A DNA stretch of 64,000 bases from Saprospiraceae bacterium (GCA_040007895.1 JBDTUE010000001.1:888-64887); one strand, 5' to 3'. Positions 38,953 to 50,740 are shown, counted from the stretch's first letter. Made by a program: numbers and translations. The notes: generated by a model not told the origin, from the sequence alone.

Positions 38953-39543
38953 TCACATACTAAACACCTTCTCTCCCTGGTTTAAAAATTCATTTTCTGA
39001 AACATCTTCTCCGGGTTCATAATATTCAAATTGTTTGAGTTTTCTATGAAAACCATCACTGCTTTTAATGATAGCTATTCTGGCACTCCGCACAAATTCG
39101 ATGAGTCCATAAGGTTCAAGTATTTTGATTAGTTTATCAGTTTCTTCCCGGTGCCCTGAGACGGAGAATACCGTATAATCTTTCCGGATCACAACGACCC
39201 TTGCGCCATATTGATTAAGAAGACGTTCTACTTTTACTTCTTCTGCAATGATATCCGTCGGTACTTTATACATAGCCAGCTCCTGCCACACGATTTCTTC
39301 ATTGGTATTATAATATGCTTTTAGTACATCCACTTGTTTTTCTATTTGCCTGCAAAGTTTACGTACTACTTCTTCTGCTTCATTGATTACTATATTAAAG
39401 CGATGCACTGAATCGATTTCACTCGGAGAGGTATTAAGACTTTCGATATTTATTTTTCTTCGTGAAAAAATAATGGCTATTCTATTGAGAAGGCCTACCT
39501 GATTTTCAGTATAGACCGTAAGCGTATATTCCTGTTTAGACAT
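38953..39543 (-). CDS. ilvN: Acetolactate synthase small (regulatory) subunit
   Basis: 196 aa with an ACT-domain N-terminus (LTVYTENQVGLLNRIAIIFSRRKINIESLN), directly downstream of ilvB. Confidence 0.9.
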   Translation of the reverse strand: MSKQEYTLTVYTENQVGLLNRIAIIFSRRKINIESLNTSPSEIDSVHRFNIVINEAEEVVRKLCRQIEKQVDVLKAYYNTNEEIVWQELAMYKVPTDIIAEEVKVERLLNQYGARVVVIRKDYTVFSVSGHREETDKLIKILEPYGLIEFVRSARIAIIKSSDGFHRKLKQFEYYEPGEDVSENEFLNQGEKVFSM

Positions 39544-39568
39544 AATCGTTGAATTAATAAATAAATAA

Positions 39569-41323
39569 TTAAAGTTCCGCTTTACACAAAACGACTTCAG
39601 CTACTCCTCGTCCCTGTGGAACCATTGGAAAAACATTGTTTTCTTTCCCGACCATGACTTCCAGTAAAAAAGCACCTTTTGATTCAAGCATTTCTTTTAA
39701 AGTAGGTTGTATTTCTTCCCGTTTACTAATTGACTTACCCGGGATACGATATCCTTTGGCAACTTGTACATAATCAGGGCTGGTAATGTCTACGAAGCTA
39801 TATCTATTGGCATGAAATAATTCCTGCCATTGTCTCACCATGCCAAGGAAATTATTGTTGAGAATTATAATTTTTACATCGATATCAAATTGCATGATAG
39901 TACCTAATTCCTGAATAGTCATCTGGATACCTCCATCCCCGATAATAGCGATCACTTGACGATGTGGTGCTCCATATTTAGCTCCGATAGCAGCTGGTAA
40001 TGCAAATCCCATTGTGCCTAAACCTCCACTGGTAATATTACTTCTTGTTTCATTGTATTCCACATACCTGCAGGTAACCATTTGATGTTGCCCCACATCG
40101 GTAACCAGGATTGCATTGCCACCGGTGATGATATTAATCTGTTTAATGATTTCGCCCATAGTAAGCTCATCACTGGTAGGATTAAGTTCATCTTTGATTA
40201 CCTTATCTATTTCTTTTTGTTTGCATTGGTCAAACTTTTTAAACCAATCCGGATAGGATTTATGATTGACTAAAGCCGTAAGCAAAGGAAGTGTCTCTTT
40301 ACAATCTCCCCATACCGGAACTGTAGATTTTACGTTCTTGTCAATCTCAGATGGATCTATATCAAGATGAATGACTTTGGCCTGTTTAGCATATTTATCC
40401 AATCTACCTGTAACACGATCATCAAACCTCATACCGATCGCAATCAATACATCGCATTCATTGGTCAATAGGTTTGGACCATAATTTCCATGCATTCCAA
40501 GCATTCCAACAGCATTGGGATGATCTGTTGGTATAGCACTCATACCTAAAATAGTCCAGGCTGCAGGAATTCCGGATTTTTCAAGAAACTGGCTGAATTC
40601 TTTTTCTGCTCTTCCTAAGATGACTCCCTGTCCAAATATCACCAGCGGTTTTTCAGCCTGATTGATAAGGTCTGCTGCCTGTTGAATGTATTCTTTTCGT
40701 ATGATTGGTTTTGGTCTGTAACTTCGGATATGTTTGCATTTGGTGTACCCAGCGTAATGGATCATTTGAAGCTGTGCATTCTTGGTAATATCAATCACTA
40801 CAGGACCAGGACGTCCGGTCTTAGCAATAAAAAATGCTTTCGCCAGTATAGTTGGGATTTCTGCTGCATCCGTTACCTGGTAATTCCATTTGGTGATAGG
40901 ACTGGTGATATTAATTACATCAGTCTCCTGGAAAGCATCCGTACCCAGAAGATGAGCAAACACTTGTCCTGTAATACAAACTAATGGTGTACTGTCAATC
41001 ATAGCATCGGCCAAACCTGTTACTAAATTGGTTGCCCCCGGACCACTCGTGGCAAATACGACCCCGGTCTTCCCACTGGTCCGCGCATATCCCTGAGCAG
41101 CATGAATAGCACCTTGTTCATGCCTGACGAGAATATGAGTAAGCTGATCGTGATAATGCCATAAAGCATCATAGATAGGCATAATAGCTCCACCGGGATA
41201 GCCAAATATAATGTCTACGCTTTCGGCTAATAGGCATTTTAAAGTCACCTCAGAACCGGAGAGTGTAGTTTCAACCGGGCTTTCCTGGGTCTTTGTTTTT
41301 TCTTCCCTTGTCAAAGTAGACAT
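39569..41323 (-). CDS. ilvB: Acetolactate synthase large subunit (biosynthetic, ThDP-dependent)
   Basis: IFGYPGGAIMPIYDAL, GPGATNLVTG and the GDGGIQMTIQELGT...NN ThDP motif. Confidence 0.95.
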   Translation of the reverse strand: MSTLTREEKTKTQESPVETTLSGSEVTLKCLLAESVDIIFGYPGGAIMPIYDALWHYHDQLTHILVRHEQGAIHAAQGYARTSGKTGVVFATSGPGATNLVTGLADAMIDSTPLVCITGQVFAHLLGTDAFQETDVINITSPITKWNYQVTDAAEIPTILAKAFFIAKTGRPGPVVIDITKNAQLQMIHYAGYTKCKHIRSYRPKPIIRKEYIQQAADLINQAEKPLVIFGQGVILGRAEKEFSQFLEKSGIPAAWTILGMSAIPTDHPNAVGMLGMHGNYGPNLLTNECDVLIAIGMRFDDRVTGRLDKYAKQAKVIHLDIDPSEIDKNVKSTVPVWGDCKETLPLLTALVNHKSYPDWFKKFDQCKQKEIDKVIKDELNPTSDELTMGEIIKQINIITGGNAILVTDVGQHQMVTCRYVEYNETRSNITSGGLGTMGFALPAAIGAKYGAPHRQVIAIIGDGGIQMTIQELGTIMQFDIDVKIIILNNNFLGMVRQWQELFHANRYSFVDITSPDYVQVAKGYRIPGKSISKREEIQPTLKEMLESKGAFLLEVMVGKENNVFPMVPQGRGVAEVVLCKAEL

Positions 41324-41355
41324 ATTAGTTTTTTTTGTAATATAAGGAATATTTT

Positions 41356-43032
41356 TTAGAATTCATCTGTCACACAACCTTCGCTGGCGGAGGATACTGT
41401 CATGGCATATTTTTTTAAAATTCCTGAACTTGCTCTTAATGGTGGTTTAGTCCATAATCTCCTGCGATCAGCCAGTTCTTCTTCCGATAAAAGCACATCC
41501 ATTGAATTATTCTTAATATCCAAACGGATCGTATCACCATTTTTCACCAATGCTATCGTTCCTCCATCTTGAGCTTCCGGGGTGATATGCCCTATGACGA
41601 AGCCATGTGTACCGCCACTAAATCTTCCATCCGTAATCAGGGCAACCTTATCTCCTAAACCGGCACCCATCAAGGCACTGGTAGGTTTAAGCATTTCAGG
41701 CATACCTGGTGCCCCTTTAGGACCGCAATAGCGGATTACGATGACTTCACCACTGTTTATCTTTTTATCAATGATCGCATCATTCAAGTCTTGTTCTGAA
41801 TCGAATACATGTGCGGGACCTTCAAACAACTCTCCTTCTTTTCCCGTGATTTTTGCTACAGCTCCTTCGGTAGCGAGATTACCATATAATATTTGTAAGT
41901 GGCCGGTCTTTTTTATAGGATTATTGAATGGTCTTATAATTTGTTGATCAATCGGTAAAGAAGGAACATCCACTAAATTTTCTGCTAAGGTTTTTCCTGT
42001 TACTGTCATACAATCTCCATGCAGTCTTCCGGCTTCAAGTAACATTTTCATCACAGCAGGGGTACCACCAATTTCATGGAGATCTTGCATCACATATTTT
42101 CCACTCGGTTTTAAATCAGCGAGAAAGGGTGTTTTATTACTAATATGTTGAAAATCATCTATAGTCAATTTAAGGCCTGATGCTTTGGCCATGGCAATGA
42201 GGTGAAGTACTGCATTGGTGGACCCGCCTAAAATCATGATCAGTGTGATCGCATTTTCAAATGACTTCTGAGTAAGAATATCACTTGGCTTGAGGTCCAT
42301 TTTTATCAAATTAAAAATCGCAGCAGCTACCGTAGAACATTCCAGCTTTTTATTTGTCGATGCAGCAGGATTCGACGAATTGAATGGCAAGGCCATTCCT
42401 AATGCTTCTATTGCTGAAGACATCGTATTGGCAGTGTACATGCCACCACAAGCTCCAAAGGACGGAACTGCGCGATGAACCACTTCACGATAATCTTCTT
42501 CAGAAATTTTACCATTTACTTTTTGCCCTAAAGCTTCAAAAGCTGAAATCACATCCAGTTTATTGCCTTTATAATATCCCGGAGCAATCGTACCACCATA
42601 AACTAAAATTGAAGGCCTATCGAGCCTGCCCATAGCCATCATAGCGCCAGGCATATTTTTATCACAACCAACCACTGTCACCAGTCCGTCATACCACTGA
42701 GCCGAAACTACAGTCTCTATAGAGTCAGCGATGATATCCCGTGATGGTAAAGAATATCTCATTCCATCCGTCCCCATTGAAATCCCGTCACTCACACCGA
42801 TAGTATGGAATATAAGGCCGAGCAGCCCCGTCTTATTTATTTCGTCACGAATGTCGGCTGCAATACCATTGAGATGCATATTACATGGATTCCCTTCCCA
42901 TCCTGTACTGGCTATTCCTATCTGGGCCTTTTTCATATCAGCATCATCCAGCCCGATAGCATGTAACATAGCCTGTGCTGCAGGCTGTGAGGGATTTTGA
43001 GTTACTTGCTTACTATACTTGTTTAATTCCAT
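41356..43032 (-). CDS. ilvD: Dihydroxy-acid dehydratase
   Basis: [23 protein letters not shown] and [14 protein letters not shown] motifs, 558 aa. Confidence 0.95.
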   Translation of the reverse strand: MELNKYSKQVTQNPSQPAAQAMLHAIGLDDADMKKAQIGIASTGWEGNPCNMHLNGIAADIRDEINKTGLLGLIFHTIGVSDGISMGTDGMRYSLPSRDIIADSIETVVSAQWYDGLVTVVGCDKNMPGAMMAMGRLDRPSILVYGGTIAPGYYKGNKLDVISAFEALGQKVNGKISEEDYREVVHRAVPSFGACGGMYTANTMSSAIEALGMALPFNSSNPAASTNKKLECSTVAAAIFNLIKMDLKPSDILTQKSFENAITLIMILGGSTNAVLHLIAMAKASGLKLTIDDFQHISNKTPFLADLKPSGKYVMQDLHEIGGTPAVMKMLLEAGRLHGDCMTVTGKTLAENLVDVPSLPIDQQIIRPFNNPIKKTGHLQILYGNLATEGAVAKITGKEGELFEGPAHVFDSEQDLNDAIIDKKINSGEVIVIRYCGPKGAPGMPEMLKPTSALMGAGLGDKVALITDGRFSGGTHGFVIGHITPEAQDGGTIALVKNGDTIRLDIKNNSMDVLLSEEELADRRRLWTKPPLRASSGILKKYAMTVSSASEGCVTDEF

Positions 43033-43220
43033 TCTATATTTTTATGAATAGGTCAAATATTATTCTAAATAATGTAAGTTCAAAGGAAATCGACTCAGGA
43101 GGAGGCAAGATTTTTTCAGGTTCTACGATGGCAAATGGATATAACTAATCCAATGAATTCATAATAAAACGCTAAAATTCAAACGGTTAACCTCATTTTG
43201 AATAAGGAATTACTTGAATA

Positions 43221-44342
43221 TTATACATTAAATCGAAAATGCATAACATCTCCGTCTTGTACGATATACTCTTTGCCCTGCACTAATAGCCGACCGGCTT
43301 CTTTAGCTGCTAATTCCGAACCATATTTAGTATAATCCTGATAACTGATGACTTCAGCACGGATAAAACCTTTTTCAAAATCTGTATGAATTACTCCGGC
43401 TGCTTTAGGAGCCGTATCACCAATATGGATCGTCCAGGCCCGTACCTCTTTTTCTCCTGCTGTGAAATAGGTGATAAGATCTAATAGTTTATAACAAGAC
43501 CGGATGACTTTATTAACTCCGGGTTCTTCAAGTCCAATAGCTTCCAGATATTCCTTTCTTTCTTCTTTTGTCTCTAATTGAGCGATATCTGCTTCAATGG
43601 CTGCGCTGATGAGTATCACTTCAGCCTGGGCATGAGGTCCGGCGATTTTATTTTCAGCTTCTATAATTTGTTTTAATGCATTGGTATGTTTATTTCCGGA
43701 TTGAACAGATGCTTCATCTACATTACAAACATAGACGATGGGTTTACCGGTTAATAAGAACAATTCATCTACTAAAGGTTGGTCTTTAGGTTCACACGAA
43801 AATAAACGTGCAGACTTACCTATTTCAAGATGTTTTTTTAACTCTAGAGCAATTTCAAGTTGGCGCACTTCATCTTTATTAGCGCCTTTGGTTTGTTTCT
43901 TTAACCGGTCAATTCTTTTATCCAGGGTTTCCATATCCTTGAATAAAAGCTCCATGTCAATAATTTCTTTATCTCTGACCGGATCTATGGAACCATCCAC
44001 GTGAACTACATTGTCATCTTCAAAACACCTGACCACGTGAACAATTGCTTCTACTTCCCGGATCGTAGCGAGGAATTGATTACCAAGGCCTTCTCCCTGG
44101 CTGGCTCCTTTAATCAATCCGGCTATATCTACGATTTCGATTGTATTTGGAATTATCTTTAATGGCTTCACTAAGTTTGACAAAACATCAAGCCTTGGGT
44201 CGGGGACCACAATGATTCCTAAATTGGGATCTTTAGTTGCAAACGGATAATTAGCTGCCAGGGCTTTACCAGAAGTCAAGGCATTAAACAGGGTGGATTT
44301 TCCAACATTGGGCAAACCGACTATTCCTCCACGTAAGGGCAT
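43221..44342 (-). CDS. ychF: Ribosome-binding ATPase YchF
   Basis: GIVGLPNVGKSTLFNALT P-loop and a TGS-like C-terminus (...GKEYIVQDGDVMHFRFNV). Confidence 0.95.
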   Translation of the reverse strand: MPLRGGIVGLPNVGKSTLFNALTSGKALAANYPFATKDPNLGIIVVPDPRLDVLSNLVKPLKIIPNTIEIVDIAGLIKGASQGEGLGNQFLATIREVEAIVHVVRCFEDDNVVHVDGSIDPVRDKEIIDMELLFKDMETLDKRIDRLKKQTKGANKDEVRQLEIALELKKHLEIGKSARLFSCEPKDQPLVDELFLLTGKPIVYVCNVDEASVQSGNKHTNALKQIIEAENKIAGPHAQAEVILISAAIEADIAQLETKEERKEYLEAIGLEEPGVNKVIRSCYKLLDLITYFTAGEKEVRAWTIHIGDTAPKAAGVIHTDFEKGFIRAEVISYQDYTKYGSELAAKEAGRLLVQGKEYIVQDGDVMHFRFNV

Positions 44343-44361
44343 ATTTTTTTATTTTGAGGTG

Positions 44362-44369
44362 CAAATGTA
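44362..44369 (-). promoter_or_regulatory. Candidate Bacteroidota -7 promoter box (TACATTTG) for ychF
   Basis: The minus strand reads TACATTTG, matching TAnnTTTG. Its final G lies 20 nt upstream of the ychF ATG. No clean -33 TTG was seen. Confidence 0.35.
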
Positions 44370-44513
44370 CGTTTAAAGCCCGAAATCAGAGTCTGTTGGC
44401 CAGCTTTTGATATAGGATTAAAGTGAGTCTGGTATCAATTCAAAAATTAAGCATTAATTTGACTTATCATCATATAATAGTCATCCCAATATGATTTGTA
44501 ATATTTCGACATC

Positions 44514-45113
44514 ATGAACCATCTCTGCCACCTTTTTTTGTCTGGCGATGACCCCGGGGTGATGCTGGGTAATTTTGCAACGGATATGCTCAAACCTTCA
44601 GAACAACGATTAGTGCCGACAAGTATACAGAGCGGAATTAAACTTCATTTATTTATAGATCATACAATTGATACAGATCCTGTCTTTAAAGAATCTATTC
44701 AACTCATCAGAGCCACGCAAGGCAAATATGCCCCTGTAGTTGCGGATATATTTTATGATTTTTTAATGGTGCACCACTGGTCTGAGTTTTCAATCCTGGA
44801 TTATTTTGCATTTAAACAGTTTGTATATGACACTCTTAAAAACAATTTGGATAATTCACTTCCTATTCCAGTGAAAGAACGAATGTTGAGAATGATCAAT
44901 AATGATTTTTTATCTTCCTATATCAGCTTTGATTATATCCCGCATGCCTTCGGCTTCCTGAAGAAAAGGGCAAGATTTGAAAATCATTTCGATAATGCGC
45001 TACAGGATTTTAATCATCTTTTCCCTGAACTAAATGTCCAATTTTTAAAAGTACTTCCGATGATGATAAGCCGGGTAAAAGAATTCGGAATCAACCTTCA
45101 AAATTCAAGGTGA
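44514..45113 (+). CDS. acpH: Acyl carrier protein phosphodiesterase (AcpH family)
   Basis: MNHLCHLFLS...GNFATDMLK...IKLHLFIDHTID mirrors the AcpH N-terminus (MNFLAHLHLA...GNLLADF...H..ID..TD). Confidence 0.75.
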   Translation: MNHLCHLFLSGDDPGVMLGNFATDMLKPSEQRLVPTSIQSGIKLHLFIDHTIDTDPVFKESIQLIRATQGKYAPVVADIFYDFLMVHHWSEFSILDYFAFKQFVYDTLKNNLDNSLPIPVKERMLRMINNDFLSSYISFDYIPHAFGFLKKRARFENHFDNALQDFNHLFPELNVQFLKVLPMMISRVKEFGINLQNSR

Positions 45114-45804
45114 TCGTAAATGCCCGTGAAAGAATTTTCTCTAGCACGGATGATTCAGAATTAGTGCCATTGTAAATCAGAATGTTCCCGATTCCCTGGG
45201 AAAATTTAATCTCCGGAGAGAAAATAAAGTAAGGGAAAAAAAACTGCATGCCTGCTCCAATCTCCGCTGCAAAATCATTAGGTGATAATTTGATTAAGGA
45301 ACTAAATTTTTTGGTTCTGGATTTATTGGAAATATCATAGGAGTATTTAAGTCCACCTACAATAAAGACTTTCATGTCTTTATAAGGCAATGAAGTAAAA
45401 CGAACATGCAGGGGTAATTCTAAAAAAGTAGATTCAATCCTGCGGTCTACTTCCGATACCCGGTCATTATACCTGATATTCCTGTTTGCAAAAGAAAAAG
45501 TAGGGACAAATCTGAAATCAAAATGATCTCCGAATTTTACATTGGTGATGATACCGACGGAAAATCCGGGATTTTTAATGGATTCAGTAACCAACAAGCT
45601 ATCCTGTTTGATAAAATAATTGGAGCGGTATAATTTATAGGTAGACTGATTGTAACTTAATGCAAGTCCGAAATAGTAATTTTTTCCTGCAAATTGCCTG
45701 AAGTTATTACCTGCATATTTATCCTGACTTTGACCGATACTCCAGCTACACCATGAAGTGAGGAGAACGAATAAAATTACTTTTCTGCCAAATAAGCTGT
45801 ACAT
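45091..45804 (-). CDS. Outer-membrane beta-barrel protein, PorT/SprT-like
   Basis: Signal peptide, alternating beta-strand pattern, about 237 aa, C-terminal aromatic-rich strand. The position directly downstream of ubiE matches the PorT synteny recalled from other Bacteroidota. Confidence 0.55.
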   Translation of the reverse strand: MYSLFGRKVILFVLLTSWCSWSIGQSQDKYAGNNFRQFAGKNYYFGLALSYNQSTYKLYRSNYFIKQDSLLVTESIKNPGFSVGIITNVKFGDHFDFRFVPTFSFANRNIRYNDRVSEVDRRIESTFLELPLHVRFTSLPYKDMKVFIVGGLKYSYDISNKSRTKKFSSLIKLSPNDFAAEIGAGMQFFFPYFIFSPEIKFSQGIGNILIYNGTNSESSVLEKILSRAFTITLNFEG

Positions 45805-46508
45805 ATTCCTAAACTGAGGGGGTGAAGTTTTTTAAATGTAAATCCGGCTTCTTCCAATTTACCTGCAAATACCATACCGGCCGGAAAAGCTTGCATAGAT
45901 TCATGCAAATAATGATATGCTTTAAAATCCATAGAAAAAACTTTTCCGATCACAGGCAATATATAACGGGAATAGACAAAGAATAATTGCTTCGCAGGGA
46001 ATTTCTCCACTTTACTGAATTCAAGTACCATCAATGGTGATCCTGGTTGTAACACCCGAAATATTTCTTTAAGTCCCGTTTCTAGGTTTTCAAAATTACG
46101 GACGCCAAAAGCTACTGTGGCTCCATCAAAACTATTATCCGGGAATGGTAACGCTTCGGAATCAGCAGTTATAAATTCAATATGCTCTGTTTTCCTTTTC
46201 TTTTTTGCAATCTCCAGCATTTGACTTGAAATATCTACACCAGTAATTTTTAAAGGTTTGATTATCTGATGAGCCATGAATGCAAAATCACCGGTCCCTG
46301 TTGCAACATCCAATAATTGGTTCACCTGATAAGGGAGGATCATTTTCAATGCTTTTTTCCTCCATCCAATATCAATCCCCAATGATAAAAACCGGTTTAA
46401 AAAATCATAGGTCGGGGCAATGCTATCAAACATTTCCTTAACCTGTTGTTTTTTGGAGAGGTTATTTGAATAGGGTTTTATCATACTAAAAGGGCTTTCG
46501 GAATTCAA
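45777..46508 (-). CDS. ubiE: Demethylmenaquinone / ubiquinone C-methyltransferase
   Basis: FDSIAPTYDFLNRFLSLGIDIGWRK and the DVATGTGD SAM motif. Confidence 0.9.
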   Translation of the reverse strand: MNSESPFSMIKPYSNNLSKKQQVKEMFDSIAPTYDFLNRFLSLGIDIGWRKKALKMILPYQVNQLLDVATGTGDFAFMAHQIIKPLKITGVDISSQMLEIAKKKRKTEHIEFITADSEALPFPDNSFDGATVAFGVRNFENLETGLKEIFRVLQPGSPLMVLEFSKVEKFPAKQLFFVYSRYILPVIGKVFSMDFKAYHYLHESMQAFPAGMVFAGKLEEAGFTFKKLHPLSLGICTAYLAEK

Positions 46509-46655
46509 AAGTACTGCTACTAATCTCCTGCCAGAAATTAAGGTATTTCAATCAGGGTCAAAATTGCACTAATGATAGGTTAAATTATTGCAAATCAGGT
46601 TAATATAAATAGTCATTTCTTTTTAAATTATTACCTGAATGTGCAGTATTCTTAT

Positions 46656-46663
46656 TAATTTTG
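46656..46663 (+). promoter_or_regulatory. Candidate -7 promoter box (TAATTTTG) for gyrA
   Basis: Exact TAnnTTTG match. Its final G lies 21 nt upstream of the ATG at 46684 and downstream of the alternative ATG at 46639. Confidence 0.35.
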
Positions 46664-46683
46664 CCTTCCTTTCAGAAAAGCAC

Positions 46684-49218
46684 ATGGCAACAGACAAAAT
46701 CATACAGGTAAACATTGAAGACCAAATGAAAACGGCCTATATCGATTATTCGATGTCCGTCATCATTTCAAGAGCTCTACCAGATGTCAGAGATGGTTTA
46801 AAACCGGTGCAACGACGAGTATTATACGGCATGTCAGATTTGGGTTTAGATTATAATAAGCCATTTAAAAAAACAGCGCGTATAGTCGGTGAAGTATTAG
46901 GAAAGTATCATCCACATGGTGATTCATCGGTGTACGAAGCCATGGTGCGAATGGGTCAACCCTGGTCTTTGAGGTATCCATTGGTAGACAAACAAGGCAA
47001 TTATGGGAGTATAGATGGTGATGGCCCGGCGGCTATGCGGTATACTGAAGGTAGGCTTACCAGGTTGAGCTCAGAAATGTTGGAAGACCTGGACAAAGAC
47101 ACGGTAGACTTCAGACCCAATTTTGACGATTCGTTGAATGAACCGACGGTAATGCCATCCACGGTGCCTAACTTATTATTGAATGGTGCTTCGGGAATTG
47201 CAGTAGGTATGGCTACCAATATGCCTCCACATAATATCACTGAAGTGGTAGATGGCATTATGGCACAGCTTGATAATCCGGAGATTACCATTGCTGAGTT
47301 GATGCAGTTTATTAAGGGACCAGATTTTCCTACCGGTGCGATTATATATGGAACTGAAGGAATAAAAGATGCCTATGAAACCGGCAGAGGTAGAGTCGTG
47401 CTTAGAGGAAAAACAGAAGTGGAAACGGTCCATGGTCACGAAGCCATCATAATTACAGAGATTCCATATCAATTGACCAAGTCGGCCCTAATCGCAAAAA
47501 TCAATGAATTAAGACAAGATGAAAAAATAGAAGGCATTTATGATGTGCGCGACGAATCCGCCCGGGATGAACTTAAAATGCGATTGGTAGTTACTTTAAA
47601 AAAGGACGCAATTGCTCAAATTGTCTTAAACCAATTATATAAGTATACTCCACTTCAGAGTTCATTTGGAGTAAATAATATTGTTCTGGTTAATGGCAGA
47701 CCTAAGTTGCTCAACATAAAGCAAATTATTGCAGAGTTTATCAAATTCAGACTGGAAGTCATCGTCAGACGGACCAATTACCTGCTTAGGAAAGCCCAGG
47801 AAAGATCGCATTTACTTGAAGGATTGCTTATTGCCATTGACCACTTAGATGAGGTGATTAAATTGATCCGGGAATCCGCTAATCCGGAGATAGCTAAAGA
47901 TGCGTTGATAGCTCGTTTTACATTTAGTGAAATCCAGGCAAAAGGAATTCTGGCTCTGACCTTAAGACAATTGACAGGTCTTGAACGCGCCAAGCTCAAA
48001 GATGAATACGACGAACTGCAAAAAATGATCCAGCGATACAATGAGATCCTGGGTGATGTAAATGTGCAGAAAGGAATAATCAAAGATGAATTGCGAGTAC
48101 TTGTTGAAAGGTATGGGGATGAACGAAGGACAGCGATTACTGTCAATGAAAGTGAGATTAATATCGAAGATATCATACCCAATGAAGAAGTAGTAATTAC
48201 TATCTCACACCTGGGATATGTAAAAAGAACAAAAGTAACAGAGTATCGATCTCAGGGCCGCGGAGGCCGTGGTTCCAAAGGAAGTCATACCCGTGAAGAA
48301 GATTTTGTAGAGCATATGTTTACTGCGACTACACATGCTTATTTATTATTGTTTACTACCCTGGGTAAATGTTATTGGTTGAGGACTTATGAGATCCCGG
48401 AAGCAACCAAGACAGGTACAGGCAGAGCAATTCAGAATATAATTTCTCTTCCTCCTGATGATAAAGTAAGAGCATACATTTCGATAAAAGATCTTGGTGA
48501 CCTGGAGTTTAGTAACAATCATTTTATAATGTTTTGTACTAAAAAGGGTGTTATCAAAAAGACTTTGCTTGAAGAATTCTCCCGACCGAGAAACTCGGGT
48601 ATTAATGCAATCAGCATAAACCAGGGAGATCAATTATTAGAAGCCAGACTCACCAATGGAGTTAATGAAATTCTTATAGCCAATAAACAAGGCCGTGCCA
48701 TTCGTTTTAATGAATCTAAAGTTAGAGCTATGGGTCGAAATGCTGCGGGAGTGTCTGGAATGGATCTGGATGAAGAAAATGATGAAGTAGTGGGAATGAT
48801 TTGTGTGGATCCCGAAGACAAACAAGTGACTATCCTGGCTGTATCAGAACTAGGTAGTGGTAAAAGATCATTATTGGAAGATTATAGGGTTACCAACAGA
48901 GGTGGCAAAGGGGTAAAGACCATCAATATAACTGACAAAACAGGTACCCTTGTTTCCATTAAGTCAGTGACTGACCAGGAGGATCTAATGATCACCACGA
49001 TGCAGGGGATCATCATAAGGATGGATGTTGCAGATCTCAGAGTTATGGGTAGAGCAACACAAGGTGTACGACTGATCAGGTTAGATGATACTGATGAAAT
49101 AGCTGATGTAACCGTTATCGCAAAAGATCCTGATGTGCTAATAAAAGAATCAGATGGATCGGAAGGTATTGCTGAGACTCCTGATGTGGAAGGGACATCG
49201 CCAATCATTCCTGAATAA
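46684..49218 (+). CDS. gyrA: DNA gyrase subunit A
   Basis: [35 protein letters not shown], the YHPHGD motif and C-terminal beta-pinwheel repeats. The start at 46684 ([13 protein letters not shown]) is preferred over the track start at 46639. Confidence 0.95.
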   Translation: MATDKIIQVNIEDQMKTAYIDYSMSVIISRALPDVRDGLKPVQRRVLYGMSDLGLDYNKPFKKTARIVGEVLGKYHPHGDSSVYEAMVRMGQPWSLRYPLVDKQGNYGSIDGDGPAAMRYTEGRLTRLSSEMLEDLDKDTVDFRPNFDDSLNEPTVMPSTVPNLLLNGASGIAVGMATNMPPHNITEVVDGIMAQLDNPEITIAELMQFIKGPDFPTGAIIYGTEGIKDAYETGRGRVVLRGKTEVETVHGHEAIIITEIPYQLTKSALIAKINELRQDEKIEGIYDVRDESARDELKMRLVVTLKKDAIAQIVLNQLYKYTPLQSSFGVNNIVLVNGRPKLLNIKQIIAEFIKFRLEVIVRRTNYLLRKAQERSHLLEGLLIAIDHLDEVIKLIRESANPEIAKDALIARFTFSEIQAKGILALTLRQLTGLERAKLKDEYDELQKMIQRYNEILGDVNVQKGIIKDELRVLVERYGDERRTAITVNESEINIEDIIPNEEVVITISHLGYVKRTKVTEYRSQGRGGRGSKGSHTREEDFVEHMFTATTHAYLLLFTTLGKCYWLRTYEIPEATKTGTGRAIQNIISLPPDDKVRAYISIKDLGDLEFSNNHFIMFCTKKGVIKKTLLEEFSRPRNSGINAISINQGDQLLEARLTNGVNEILIANKQGRAIRFNESKVRAMGRNAAGVSGMDLDEENDEVVGMICVDPEDKQVTILAVSELGSGKRSLLEDYRVTNRGGKGVKTINITDKTGTLVSIKSVTDQEDLMITTMQGIIIRMDVADLRVMGRATQGVRLIRLDDTDEIADVTVIAKDPDVLIKESDGSEGIAETPDVEGTSPIIPE

Positions 49219-49313
49219 TTTAATCTTAACACTATTTTTTTAAGTTTTAACTTTTTATCAACTTTACATGGTGGGACATCCCGTCTAATACATTAACAAT
49301 CAAAAACTGTAAA

Positions 49314-50675
49314 ATGAAAAAACTCTTCTTATTGACTTTATTGGCTGTGATAAATATCACATTTGGTTATGCGCAGGAAGATGCTGAAAAACTGGTTAAA
49401 AAAGCAGTGAAAGCCTTTAATGCATTTAATCTGGAACCCAATACAAAAGGAGCTTCTTTGGATGAAGCCAAAACAATCATAGATCAGGCCTTCCAGTCCG
49501 AAGCTATGAACTCTAATGTTGCCGCACTAATTGCTAAAGGGAAAATCTATGGTGGTTTTTCCACCAGAGATCAGACCCAAAAAATCCTTAATCCAACGTA
49601 CAAAAGCACGATCACATTTCCTGCTTCATTTATTGCTTACGAAGCATTGAGCAAAGCATTGAGCATGAATCTAAAGAAATATGAAAAGGATGATGCACTT
49701 AAAGGTCTTCAGGGATTGACCGGTGATATCAACAATATGGGAAATGATCTGTACAACCAAGGCAAATATGAAGAAGCCTACAATCATTTTGCAGCCTGCC
49801 TGAATATACATGAGTTAATGAAAGCAAATGCACTGCCCAGCGTACTTGAAAAACCAGAAGACTATAATAACCAAATATTTATTATAGCTGCGGCAGCAAT
49901 GAAAGCGAAAAAATTTACTGAAGCAAAAGCTTTTAACGATAAGCTGTTAGCGGCAAATTATCCGGATGGTGGTATTTATGAAAATCAATACGACCTGTTG
50001 ATGAATGCAGGAGATATGAAAGGAGCTGAAGCAATACTCGAAGATGGTCTCAACAAAATGCCTGATGACGTAGGTCTTATGTTTAAACAGATAAATCACT
50101 ATATCAAACAAGGCCGCCTTGAATCCTTAGTTGATAAACTGAAAAAAGCTATCGATAAAGAACCAGGCAACGTATCCCTCTACACCACGTTGGGAAATGT
50201 TTATGATAATCTATATCAAAGAGATAGTATGAGCCTGGGTAAAGACAGCAAAGGCAATTACAGTGTCATGGCGTCTATCGAATCTAATCCTAATTACAAA
50301 AATGCTGAGAATTACTTCATGTTGGCAACTACTAAGGACGCTAAAAATTCAGATGCACATTATGGCCTTGGTGCTTTCTATTACAATGTAGCTGCTAAAA
50401 TGACTAATATATTGAATAAACTGGCTGATGATTATTCAAAAGAAGGTACTAAAAAGTATGATGCTATAAAAACAGAAGTGTTTGCTTTATTTGAAAAAAG
50501 CCTTCCTTCTTTCCGCTTGTCCGAGGCCCTTAATCCGAATGACAGGAACTGTTTAATAGCCTTAAAGGAAATTCATGCAAGGAAAAATGAATTTGACATC
50601 TCCAATGAATATAAGAAGAGATTGGAAGTGATCGAGGCAGGTGGAAAAAATGAAACCAGCTATAATAAAAATTAA
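49314..50675 (+). CDS. Secreted TPR-like helical repeat protein
   Basis: Signal peptide. Repeated A/Y/L-rich helix pairs (GKYEEAYNHFAACLNI, KKFTEAKAFNDKLL, ...). The product call is tentative. Confidence 0.6.
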   Translation: MKKLFLLTLLAVINITFGYAQEDAEKLVKKAVKAFNAFNLEPNTKGASLDEAKTIIDQAFQSEAMNSNVAALIAKGKIYGGFSTRDQTQKILNPTYKSTITFPASFIAYEALSKALSMNLKKYEKDDALKGLQGLTGDINNMGNDLYNQGKYEEAYNHFAACLNIHELMKANALPSVLEKPEDYNNQIFIIAAAAMKAKKFTEAKAFNDKLLAANYPDGGIYENQYDLLMNAGDMKGAEAILEDGLNKMPDDVGLMFKQINHYIKQGRLESLVDKLKKAIDKEPGNVSLYTTLGNVYDNLYQRDSMSLGKDSKGNYSVMASIESNPNYKNAENYFMLATTKDAKNSDAHYGLGAFYYNVAAKMTNILNKLADDYSKEGTKKYDAIKTEVFALFEKSLPSFRLSEALNPNDRNCLIALKEIHARKNEFDISNEYKKRLEVIEAGGKNETSYNKN

Positions 50676-50703
50676 CAGGTCGCTTACCTAAAATATTTAA
50701 TCT

Positions 50704-50740
50704 AAAGAGTGTGGTGAAATACTGCACTCTTTTTTTTGTT
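50704..50740 (+). terminator. Rho-independent terminator after the TPR gene
   Basis: GAGTGTGG-tgaaata-CTGCACTC stem (8 bp including G-U pairs) followed by TTTTTTTTG. Confidence 0.7.

Noticed and set aside
38724-38963. ORFs that translate the repeat blocks (38724-38963, 23134-23331, 63289-63501)
   Set aside because: Their peptide sequences are just periodic read-outs of the 7-, 8- and 14-nt tandem repeats (for example FRISDFGFR and FQWSIFNGQFSMVNFQWSIF). They have no independent coding support.
43033-43220. Leader-peptide attenuator upstream of ilvD
   Set aside because: Only two tiny ORFs are present on the minus strand (MRLTV* and MNSLD*). There is no run of Ile/Val/Leu codons and no convincing alternative hairpins. 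The AU-rich TTCAAA/TTTGAA stem is more likely a weak ychF terminator.
46639-46683. Upstream ATG giving a 15-aa N-terminal extension of GyrA
   Set aside because: The extension ([15 protein letters not shown]) is not GyrA-like. A TAATTTTG -7 box lies inside it, so the ATG at 46684 is preferred.
47001-49232. Long antisense ORFs within gyrA (for example 47778-48182, 134 aa, and 48882-49232, 116 aa). Similar shadow ORFs lie inside cysD, the prolyl oligopeptidase gene, ilvD, ilvB and the A2M gene
   Set aside because: They overlap strongly supported genes on the opposite strand and have Ser/Ile/Leu-rich low-complexity translations with no motifs. This is typical of shadow ORFs in AT-rich DNA.
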